DNA of 63,989 bases, filler included, from Phoronis australis (Eukaryota; Animalia; Phoronida), in assembly GCA_002633005.1 (NCBI GenBank). It is 6 parts of 6 records of this genome, joined end to end, with 100 filler letters (N's around TTAATTAATTAA, not from the genome) between each part and the next. Parts side by side here need not be neighbours in the genome. Positions count along the whole stretch, not along the records: positions 38,920 to 60,999 come from NMRA01000118.1; positions 61,100 to 63,989 come from NMRA01003341.1; 4 more parts are not named here. One strand, written 5' to 3'. The position numbers and the translations under genes were made by a program. This document shows positions 53,140-63,989 of this stretch, piece by piece. Numbering within the stretch: the first letter of the stretch is position 1; every line of letters begins with the position of its first letter. Under the pieces are notes generated by a model. That model saw only the letters and a program-made list of their open reading frames with translations, did not search any database and was not told the DNA's origin.

Positions 53140-53899
53140 GTAAGTAAATAATGATAATAATAAGTGGTCACTTTATATTATTACTTGACCAAATGAAATT
53201 TCGGGATCAAGAAAATTGTTTCTTTTTCATTTGTACACACATTAGGCCATTGCAATCCTTGTCCTGGAGTTTGCCGACAACAATGCAATTCATGAAAAGC
53301 TATTGTCTTGGACTGAAATAAGACACAAGAGGGCGCTGTGATGGACATTCTTCAAAATTTTTTTCAAGGGATTCTTCTGACATTTCCTGTATCTTGTCAA
53401 CCTCTGCAAGATGTGTGTCACCAGTTTTTCGCTATGAGATATTCAAGATTGGGAAAGGTGCCTTTGCCTTCTGATCAGAGAATTTTTCCAGCGAGGGGAA
53501 AATTACAAGACCCATGGTAGCCACAAATTCACCCCACCTCCCACGCTGCCCCTGCCCATATCCCCTTCCCAGTTGCAGCACTACTTGGAATGCACTTTGT
53601 AGTTTTAAGTTTCATATGGGCAAGCTTAAGTATCAGGGTATCAAGTTTTGAATTGAGAACTCCTGTGACTGACTGTCTTGCCCAATGTTATGTCTTATAG
53701 TTATACCGATACTTCTATCCTGTGATTGGCCGAGCCGAGATGCAATAACTTCCAATATACAGTAATGCTGATCAACCTGGCCATCGGAAAATACCTGAGG
53801 AAATGTGTCATCTTGACTTGATGTCTGTAATGATTTTTTCAAACCCAGTAATTCTGTGTAGCGTGGAAAGAACCATTCCTTCTTCTGAAAGTTTCACAG

Positions 53900-55125
53900 T
53901 TCATTTATGTAGTACTTAACAGCATCTAAAAAATCATAAATATTTTTAAAAAATTTCATTCCATCTACGGTAGAACTACATTACTCGTAAGAGGGTTGGA
54001 AGTGTACCAAAGTGGTTCACATTTTATTTTTATGGAACACTGTTTAGAACCTCCTGAATGCTATAAATTACTTCATTCCAAAACTGATTAGAAAAATGTT
54101 GGGGCCAGATCATCCGGAAATCATTGCACAAATTCAAAAAAATTCTGATGGGTATTGAGGAAAGTATTTTTTTTAAAAAATGCTTACCCATACGTCCATA
54201 CTTAAGATAAGTCTAACTTGACAAGCGATCCTATGCATCATACGACAAATGATCCTATGCATCATACGACAAATGATCCTATGCATCATACGACAAATGA
54301 TCCTATGTATCATACGACAAACGTAGCACTTAGGCGGGCCTCAGCCCAGCCGCCGAAGGCGGCGCAGGCAGGCTCCAGCGTAGCACTTAGGCGGGCCTCA
54401 GCCCAGCCGCCGAAGGCGGCGCAGGCAGGCTCCAGCGTAGCACTTAGGCGGGCCTCAGCCCAGCCGCCGAAGGCGGCGCAGGCAGGCTCCAGCGTAGCAC
54501 TTAGGCGGGCCTCAGGACAAATGATCCTATGTATCATATGACACCCACCATGAGGAAAGGTCTTAGACTAAAGTAGTTCTGCTAGTTTTATCAACTTTGC
54601 CATGCCATATGAATTTAAAGAAACATTTTTTTCTTTTAATGTTTCGCTTATCGAGTGTAATGGAGAAGATTATGCAATGAAGAGATAAACTTGGTACGAG
54701 AGTATGAATAACTTGACCACTGATATTTTGCCCAATGACGTTAAAGAACATTTGAACCATGAAATAAGATTACCTCGGATTTTGTTGATTTTCTCTTCCT
54801 AATTCAGCCTAATCATTTCATTCAAGCTTATGTGGATTTTCATACCGAGTGTAGTGAATGGGAAATTTTCCATATCAGTTTTTGTTCTGTACACAGAGGT
54901 GCATTTCTGCCTTTCATAGGTTCTGTCCGCACACAATCATTTTTCCTTATTTGGTTTCAACTCTGAGAATTAATGGAATTGGTCCAAAAGATTGAGAGTT
55001 TTTTTCAAAGAATCGATCCATTCAGAGTTGAAAGTGTGTTGTTGGCATATTGCATAATCTTATGAGATCTGGTCCTAATGCAGACCGTACCATTAAAATC
55101 CTGATTTTCCCTAAAGCCATTATCT
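53900..55125 (-). mobile_element. Old L1/Tx1-type LINE ORF2 remnant in a PCSK7 intron
   Basis: Minus-strand motifs in the expected order: RENQDFNG, KIMQYANNT (decayed QYADDT), FFKFIWHGKVDKTSRTTL, NQFWNEV, EPLWY. Interrupted by the 54218-54543 repeats. Confidence 0.65.
54218..54543 (+). repeat. 24-bp minisatellite interrupted by a perfect 57-bp GC-rich tandem repeat (54322-54515)
   Basis: GACAAATGATCCTATGCATCATAC x4, then the 57-mer x3 plus 23 nt, then one more 24-mer. Confidence 0.95.
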
Positions 55126-56884
55126 GAGCACATAATATGAGCATCTTTATGAAAAGTTCTTAAATCAAATTAATGAATATTTTGTCACATCTACTGGTAA
55201 CTAAAGTGTATGTTTAATACCCTCCTGTTTAAATATGTTTGTTTGTACCCTCCTGTTTAAATAATTGTTTGTTGTCAGGCATTGCACGCCCTCCATTTGA
55301 CTGCTTAGTTCTCGATGTTAATGACTTGTGTGTTTTGTTTGACGTTGTTATCTTGAGTCTGCGATAACAGTTAATATCTTGATTTTGTTATGTTTGTTCT
55401 GTGATATGAGAAAACATCTGACTTCGTGGAGGTGTTTCTTTTCTGAGGCAAAACCTCACCAATTTCGGACAAAAATAATTGGCAAAATTGCACTTTTTAA
55501 GGGCTTCTAACTTTGTTGTGGATGCACAGGCTTTTTTAAAATATTTTCTGCTGGTTGCTATGGTAACGAACTTGGATATGGCAATGCGTCATACTGAAAA
55601 AATGAGAAAATAAAGTTTCACCTGTCTGTCTTGTTGTGTTCTAAATTGGTGTGATTTTACTGTACATGTAATCAAGACTGATTTCACTTGATATTATGTG
55701 GGACATTTTGTGCCTTTGGTTGTATCTTTACAACAAAGGAATTTAGTTTCAGTACATTTGCAGGAATTCATGTATTAACAACTCCTTAGGCCTATAAATG
55801 GTTAGTTGTGCATTACCTCAATAGTTTAATATGAAAACAGCTGATATTTATTGATTATTGCCTAGTCCAGCTGCTTCTCACTTCTCTTAACTCAGGGTGA
55901 GTTTTGTTTCAATATTGCTATTGCGCGATACAATCAGAATGTATAGGACGACTCCAGAGGATGCACTTAACGTGAAGACATGTGTTATGAAACACTAGCA
56001 GTGCCATTCATTTTAATGCTGCTGTTTATATAGAAAGTATCAGATGCTAATAATGCTTTAATGGTTACCGTTTACATTGATCTCTATGTATTTCATATGG
56101 AGTTATGAAATTACCAAATGTTATAAAACACTATGATGGAGAACCAGATCTGCTTGCGCATAAATTTGTAGCAAGTGCCACCTACTTCTTGGAGAACTGT
56201 GTGCGTGCTTTTAAAGAAAACATCACAACTGATACACCACTGTGAACATGTAAAGTAATTCCAAATATTATGCAGTCGTTATTTGATAGTGAAATAAACA
56301 AAGCTTTGCCTTGTTTCATTAGGGTGTTACCCAGGAATTCCTGTGTCATTCCAGCTAAGAAATTTGGACAAGAAATGTGTTCAAATGTATTGCCAGTTCA
56401 CTGTCTGTTTCCAGCTGCAGTTGGAGTCTGAGTTGCTGTCATGCACGAAAGATGTGACATGGCATCGGGTCTTCGTCTGCCATCTGAAAAAATTTTACTG
56501 TACTCATATGTATTAAAATAGTTTCGCAAAATTAGACATTCCTGAGATTTTAATGGTATTCTCAGATGCTTTCTGGCACACTGGAGGATCCGACCCAGGG
56601 GTGTTTGTAAATTAGTACTTCATTTGCATTAATTCACAATCTAATGAGACTATGCATCTTAAGCTCAGACACTGATGAAAAATATATGCTGAAGACTGAA
56701 AAGCAACAAAAATGAAACATAAACATTTGCTTGCTAGTTGAAGTCTACTGAAGTCTTCCCAAACAACTGGCACATAAATTAAGCATTAACAATTTAATGT
56801 TAAGGATTGCAATGAGAAATAGAGATCAAATTCACGAAGATTACTTGTACCGTATAATGAAACTGCTCCTTGTGTTGACTTCAG

Positions 56885-56981
56885 GAGAACAAGGTAATGA
56901 AGTGGATGGATATCAATGTGACGGGTGTATGGGAGCGTAATATCACAGGACATGGTGTCACAGTAGCTGTGGTGGATGATG
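56885..56981 (+). CDS. PCSK7: PC7 exon with catalytic Asp
   Basis: [25 protein letters not shown], nearly identical to PC7 [25 protein letters not shown]. Confidence 0.95.
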
Positions 56982-57705
56982 GTATGTCTTGTTTACACAG
57001 TTTACACAGCCCTCTTAAAGGCAAATTGTCTGTGAGAAAAGCAATTTTTGCAGAAAGAAGTAGTCGGCAGAATCGAAGCCATTGTCTCTGAAGTAGCAGC
57101 CAAATGCTCTGTTGCTGAGCCAAATCCATGCATTAACTGGCACCTAGTATTTTTAGCGTGTTTAAATGGTAAAGGCACTGGCTTTGTTTTTTAGACATTA
57201 GCGAGGATGGGCTAGTTGTAGTAAAACATCCCAAAACAACATAATGTGTTCTAAGTTGTGAGCTAAAAAGAAATACCTTTTTATCACGAGGTTTATGTTC
57301 TTGGTTGTTCAGTTTTACTCTGAAAAGAATTTGTTAACTAAAGGTAACTGTGAACCTTGTTTACCAGGTTGTACATTCTGGAATTTGTCATATTTTTCAA
57401 ATATCAGACATTGCCTTTTGTATCAACATAATCTGAAAATAGACATGGCAGTTCATAAAATCACCAAAAATAACTACATTTTGGTGTGTCCCCATAGTGT
57501 GCAACATTGAGATGAACGATTGTTTGTTGTTGATCGTAATTCACGAATTTGGGATGGTCAGTCGGGTATTGCTTTTTTCTAAAATATGGTACATGTCACT
57601 CTTGGAAACTGGAGATTTTTTCTGTAGTCAGCTATTCTGTTAGCATGTTTGTTGCAAAAGATCAGATAGCAAGCACTATTCTTATACAGCAGTGCTTTAA
57701 TGCAG

Positions 57706-57991
57706 GTTTAGAATGGAGGAATCCTGATCTCTATGATAACTACAGCTCAGAGGGAAGTATTGACCTCGATTCCAATGACGATGATCCGAGCCCCTCTCCT
57801 TCTGGTAACAATCACCATGGTACCAGATGTGCTGGTGAGATAGCTGCTGTGGCCAACACCCACTGTGCAGTGGGCGTGGCTTTCAGAGCCAAGGTGTCAG
57901 GCATCCGTGTATTGGACGGAACCATGACAGACAGCATGGAGGCGGCGGCATTTGATGCTAAACTAGCTGTCAATGACATCTACAGTTGCAG
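57706..57991 (+). CDS. PCSK7: PC7 exon with catalytic His
   Basis: [65 protein letters not shown]; [17 protein letters not shown] and DIYSCS are PC7-type. Confidence 0.96.
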
Positions 57992-59203
57992 GTAGGTTGG
58001 AAAATCTGTCTAACAGTCTTGCTCTTCCCAATATCATCTTACTAGTTGTTTTTATGCTGCGCTTACTAGTAGGATCTGTACCATACCCACTACATTTTTA
58101 GAAGAGCAAAAATACTGCAACTAACGTAAAGCTGATAATTTTGATTTCCTGTTTGGAGTTGAGAGCTGCCTTCACAAGATATGTTTACGACCGTCTTAGC
58201 TAAGACCAAACTTACAACTTTTCATGAAATGGACTCCAGCACCACAAAGGTGTTGCTGCAGTGGATACCATTACAATAGTCATGGGCTGAATTCAACTCT
58301 CTTATGCGGAGTTAGAATAAAATGTCTCTCTATTTTCAGTATACTTGGTACTTTACACCTGCCTTGATGCCAAGTCGCATTTGGCGAGTTGGGGAAAAAT
58401 CCATTTCACCAAACGAAATTTGAGGTCACCAAAACGGGCCGCAAAAAAACATAAGCTTGAGCTGCTCTACCTTCTCAGAAACTTATGCAATTCTCTTTAA
58501 TTTTTCCCAGTAAGGAACATGTATCATTCAGTCTCTAACTCCTGCCAACAAAGAACGCAGACGATCGGATATACTGGTTGCTTGTGTTTCACCTAATCGT
58601 ACCCAATTTTCACTGAACTATTCCGACTTACGTATGTTTACTTCCTGTTGTAATTTCAGTACGTGTTTGATGTGAGCTAACTGCCGTGGTGGTAAATGCA
58701 CTGATTTCACGAAATAAAGGGAACATTGATGAACCAAAGATATTAAATCTAGAAAAACTCAGTTATTTAAAGTTTGGAAGTCAACTCAAACTTTGAAACG
58801 AATTTCGATGTAATTATTGTCCGACTTTGATACTCTTGGGATTTTTCCCTAGTCACCAAACACAATCTGAGGTCTCACTGATACTGCAAAACATTTGTGA
58901 GCTGAGATAGACAAGAAGAGAACAAAATATTGCACCCTGCGCAACGTGCCAAAATTTCTATGTGAACCTGCTACTGCCTGCAACAGTAAAATTTGTTAGC
59001 ATTAGCACGACGAGTGTTGAGACAAGTTTGCTGCAAAACAGAGCTGTATTTCTGGCTCAGTACCACTGTGGGACAGGTACCTTTCGGCCCTGCAGTATTG
59101 TGGGTAAATACTGCAGAATCTGAGCGGCTGCTGTGGTATTTCTGGATGCTCATAGTAATAGTGACCTGTATGATAACTGTTGATATTATTGTGTTATTTC
59201 CAG

Positions 59204-59258
59204 CTGGGGTCCAGAGGATGATGGGAAGACAGTGGATGGACCCCATGCGTTAGCCAAG
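59204..59258 (+). CDS. PCSK7: PC7 exon; downstream exons not found in window
   Basis: (S)[18 protein letters not shown]; ttccag acceptor in phase 2, AAG|GTACGA donor. Confidence 0.93.
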
Positions 59259-60606
59259 GTACGACTTGCAAGTACAGTAATTTATGGTACATGCCAAAAC
59301 TAGCGCTTAAAATACCATTTCCTTACCAGGCCGTCAAATTCCTCTTAGACCACAAATGATATGTAATAATCTTCCATGACTCATCCTACCTGCAAACTTG
59401 TGATTCCACCTTATTAATTACTGCTAAATTTTCACTCACTTTTGGTCATGAAGAATGAGTACTTGGACATTAAACTTTGTGTGCATTTTCTCATCATTAC
59501 AGGGAATTATGGGTTATTTTGTCTGGTTACCTATGTTGGGTAGTACATGTTGTTGGAGAACTCAGTGTTGGTGAAGCTGTGTGGCACACTTCCTGTAGAG
59601 GTGTAGATGTTCCTTTGTAAGCCAACATAACCACATAATTGTACTTAGATCTGGTCAGAGTTATCTCCACATGTAAGCAGAAGCAGCATTTTCAGATGCA
59701 AAAAGCACAGCATTATCTTGTAATATCGGGCATAAAAAGCAATGCCAAGCGACCATGTCTGTTTTTGATGACTCTCTGTTTCCCTTCCTCGTCAATTGCC
59801 CCTTTGCAAAACTATTTTTGAGAGGACTCCTGAAATGTCAATTTCCACGTCACACTGTTTGGCAGTTCTAGTTAGGCAGTTTCGTTGGTGAGGTGGTCTA
59901 ACCACCTGGAGACTGATGTTCTACAAATTTTTGAACAGGCCACACTGAAAAGATTGCGTCTGCCATAATAGTGCAAAGCAATGACAATATCATTTACGAA
60001 CTGCCTTTTCTATTTTGAAGTCAACCTCTGTAGCTATGACTTTACATCTTTGATAAAATCTGAAATCAGTGAGTTTTGAAAGACATTTCTTTCAGATATT
60101 TTTGAGGCTTGACTTTGTTGAAGTATTACATATTTCAGAGGTTGTGTATTCAAAATGACCTTATGCTCAGATTGGATTTGTGGCTGTCCAGCTTTCATCA
60201 ACAATAAAGTTATCTACGTCTGTTGCTCATGGCAAGGGTTGCATATTTAGGACATTTGCACGATTTAAAATGATTGCTCAGATTAAATTGAAACATATCC
60301 AATATACGTCAACGGTAAATTAACTCATTATTACTCATGCAAGACTAAAACCAGCAATTAATTTAGTTGTTTTCAAAAAATAAACTGTCCAGTGTTTGAC
60401 AGAACTCTGTCAAACTCTGCAATGTTTTTTTTTGTTCCTAATGATAAAACTAGATAGAAATGAGGTTGAACTTTTGTTGCTATGGAATTGTATTGATCTT
60501 AAAAATTAGTTGCAATAAATTACTTAGCTTAGCCTACCAAATTCTTCCAGGTAGAGTGGTGAAAAATAGGCAGAAATCCAGAAAATAAGTCAGTTACAAT
60601 TTTCTA

Positions 60607-63600
60607 AACAAGAGCAACGCGGAGCGTTGAAATGCGCCCACAATTGCACCGCATACGGTATCCTTCTAGGGTTGTTTATTGGTACCATAAAGTGGCCAGT
60701 AGAGGGCATACTTTGCAAAATGGAAAGGCATGGTCATTGTCTCCTCAATGGGCTAGGGGCAAAATGTGAGTAATCTTCATAATACAAGCACATCCTATAC
60801 CTCAGTTGCTTAAAACACCACAGAAACATAGAATTAAAAACAAATTTACCAACATACGAGATTAGCACAGCATTAGAATGCCAGAAACAAATTTCTACTT
60901 GGAACTTTTCCTTCACAGTCACGAAGTAACACAAAGTATACACCTGAAGACCTATGAAAATACAGAGGTCAATGTAAAATACTAAAATTGCCACTAGAGN
61001 NNNNNNNNNNNNNNNNNNNNNNNNNNNNNNNNNNNNNNNNNNNTTAATTAATTAANNNNNNNNNNNNNNNNNNNNNNNNNNNNNNNNNNNNNNNNNNNNG
61101 GTCGCCTATTGTTTTGGGTCAACATTGCTCCAAGGTCAAGGGTCAAGGTCACGACAGGTATGGTTAACGGTTTTTGCACGATAACTTCGCCATAAATAGG
61201 CCTATCCACTTCTGCAATAGCTCATTTTTTTTGTCATCACCTGGCCCTTCTTTTGCCATGTAGCTTACTTAAATTTGCCGTTACCATGGTTACATTTTTT
61301 GGGCCAAAAATCATGGAAATTGGAAATAAAACGGCCATTTTTTGTAACTTTGTCAGTTTTAGAGCTAGAGAGGTCTGGTTTTTTGCATCATATAGCTCTT
61401 GAAGAGTTCTCCGTGACCCAATAGCAAATCTGGTCAAATCTCGCACGATATCTCGTCATACGAGATATTTCGAGATATCACTTAGTGATACCCTATATGC
61501 CACCAATTTCTGGCATTTGTCCTGAAACCGGTATATTTTATGTCCTATACTAATATCTCGAAATTGTTTTTTCAGTTTTTCAATATGACCGCTAGGGGGC
61601 GCTGCGGTCAATACACACTCACATAACCTTTTTCTGGCCATATCTCCGAAACTATTAACCTTAATCCCATGAATTAGGGCTTATCTTCTTCCCCAGAGCC
61701 TTCTCCATAAAGTGGTTAAGTCATCTGGTCTCGATCTCATGTCACTTTGTCAGTATGTCTGTCTGTTTGTCAGGTGACGTCAAAGTGGCCTGCTTGCCGG
61801 TGCTTGCGTCTGACATATAGCCATATAGAAGCCACAGTTTTGCACGGATCCTTCTGAAACTTGTACATTACATGTCTTGCAGTAATACCTCGAAACGGAT
61901 TTTTCATTTTCCGGATACGACCGCTAGGGGGCGCTGTAGTCAATACACAATGACATATCCTTTTTCTAGCCATATCTCCAAAACTATTAATTTGAATCCT
62001 ATGAATTAGGGCTTATTTTCTTCCCCAGAGTCTTCTCCATAAAGTGGTTAAGTCATCTGGTCTCAGTCTCATGTCACTTTTTCAGTATGTCTGTCTGTTT
62101 GTCAGGTGACGTCAAAGTCGCCTGCTTGCCGGTGCTTGCGTCTGACATGTAGCCATGTAAAAGCCACAGTTTTGCACGGATCCTTCTGAAACTTGTACAT
62201 AACAAGTCTTGCAGTAATACCTCGAAACGGATTTTTCATTTTCCGGATACGACCGCTAGAGGGCGCTGCAGTTAATACACAGTGACATATCCTTTTTCTG
62301 GCCATATCTCCAAAACTATTAACCTTAATCCCATCAATTAGGGCTTATTTTGTTCCTCAGAGTCTTCTCCATAAAGTGTTTAAGTCATCTGGTCTCAATC
62401 TCATGTCACTTTTTCAGTATGTCTGTCTGTTTGTCAGGTGACGTCAAAATCGCCTGCTTGCCGGTGCTTGCGTCTGACATGTAGCCATGTAGAAGCCACA
62501 GTTTTGCACGGATCCTTCTGAAACTTGTACATTACATGTCTTGCACTAATACCTCGAAACAGATTTTTCATTTTCTTGATATGGCCGCTAGGTGGCGCTG
62601 CAGTCAACTCACTTTTATATATCATACTTTCAGCCATATCTCTATAACTATAAATCTTTTTTACATAAAATATACCTTGTTTTCTTCCTCTCTTTCTTCT
62701 CTATGACATGGTATAGTCATATGGACTCAACCTTGTGTCATTTTGTCAGTATGTCTGTCTGTTTGTCAGTAGACCTGAACTTCGGCTGCTTGCTGGTTCT
62801 TTTATTTTATATAAAGCATTCTACACACCACAGTTTTGCATGAATCCTCTGGAAACTTACACAACTTATGTCTTCTACTAAAATCTAGAAACTGATTTTT
62901 CATTTGTCTGTTTGTCAGCACTCTCCTGGCCACAATTTTACCTCAATCACCTCGAAAATTACAGAAACGATGCACAATTAGGTTTCTAGGTCGCCTATTG
63001 TTTTTGGATAATATAGGTCAAAGGTCAAGGTCAAGGTCATCGAAAAACTTCGAAATTTTATTTTCGTCATAACTTTGTCAATTTTGGTCGTATCTTCACA
63101 AACTTAGGCTCATTTTGTTCCTGTTGGTCCTCCCCACAACTTTTGTTTGGACCACTTTTCTCTCAGAACTGTAACTTTGTCAGTATGTCCGTGTCTTTGT
63201 CCGCTGTCCTAACTTTTGCTTGCTTGTCGGTACTTGCATAGTACATAATGCTATCTGAAAGCCACAATTTTGCAGGAATTAACACGAAACTTACAACATA
63301 TATTGACAACTTGATTTCTAGGTTTGCTGTTGTTTTTGGTCAAGATTGCTTTAAGGTCAAGGTCAAGGTCACGAAAAGTGTGGTTAACAGTTTTTGCTTG
63401 ATAACTTGGCCATTAATAGTCGCATCTACGTCATTGATAGCTCATTTTCTTCGTCATGACCTGGCCTTTCTTTTGACATGTAGTTTACTTAAATTTGCCG
63501 TTACCATGGTTACGTTTTTGAGCCAAAAGTCATGGAAATCGGAAATAACACGACCAATTTTTGTAACTTTGTCAGTTTTTAAGCTAGACACGTCTGGTTT

Positions 63601-63989
63601 TCGGCATTTTATTCCACGTGACCAGCTAGACACGATAAAACTACAAGTCAAGCTAAATCTCGCGCCATATCTCGTCAAACGAGAAAAAAACGAGATTTCA
63701 CGGAAATGCTTATAACTCGGCGAGTTTTACAGCTAGACTGGTCTGGTTTGCGGCATTTTGTCACATATGGTCTGCTAGACAAGATAAAGACATTATTTGG
63801 CCAAATCTCGCAACATATCTTGTCCAACGAGAAAGAACGAGATTTCACTGAAATGCTTCTAATTAGGTGAGTTTTCCAGCTAGATGGCTAGTTCTTAAAA
63901 TCTTGCACCGTATCTCGTCAACCGATTTCCCTTTTGGCTGTCTGCCTGTCCGTTTGATTTTTATTTCCGGCAAGCGCGTGACCTCTGGT
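60607..63989. mobile_element. Non-autonomous Helentron/HINE-like element(s) carrying a 332-bp satellite (~61500-62900)
   Basis: Four-plus 332-bp units with GTCT microsatellite bits and GGTCAAGGTCA motifs. Direct repeat 61100-61470 matches 63320-63680. An AACAAGAG terminus with hairpin CAACGC-GGA-GCGTTG starts at 60607. The satellite is certain; the family assignment is inference. Confidence 0.6.

Noticed and set aside
54322-54515. CRISPR-like 23-bp repeat / 34-bp spacer pattern
   Set aside because: All 'spacers' are identical, there are no cas genes and the context is eukaryotic; it is a tandem repeat.
54218-54541. ORFs with DPMHHTTN and VALRRASAQPPKAAQAGSS repeats
   Set aside because: Open only because the units are multiples of 3 without stops; intronic, with no convincing splice or start context.
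61456-62637. Repeated minus-strand 61-67-aa ORFs (MARKRICHC..)
   Set aside because: By-products of the 332-bp satellite; no recognisable domain.

Overview
Eukaryotic (invertebrate animal-like, AT-rich) scaffold with GT-AG introns. It is not prokaryotic: I found no operons, CRISPR arrays, rRNA or tRNA. Three spliced host genes lie on the + strand. (1) An ELOVL2/5-like fatty-acid elongase (5 exons seen, 5329-10294; first coding exon unresolved). (2) A Disabled (Dab) PTB adaptor (4 exons, 19239-24655; cut off at a contig join). (3) A PCSK7-type proprotein convertase (4 exons, 52645-59258; the rest is not seen). Between them are many mobile-element remnants. These include an internally deleted Kolobok-type DNA transposon (158-bp TIRs, TTAA target duplication, THAP-transposase facing a P2X7-ballast-like ORF) and a rearranged second copy. 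There is also a Gypsy/Mag pol, a decayed SGNH-hydrolase ORF, a P-like transposase remnant, L1/Tx1 and Penelope remnants, MITEs and several satellites. Four structures stand out: a ~385-bp satellite whose units each carry a conserved 42-nt GC-rich exon-like cassette; a perfect GC-rich 57-bp concatemer with a 6-bp flanking duplication; a 332-bp satellite with phased CTCF-like and CRE motifs; and tandem repeats copying both splice junctions of one ELOVL exon. Five N-gaps contain an artificial TTAATTAATTAA linker, so adjacency across them is not guaranteed.
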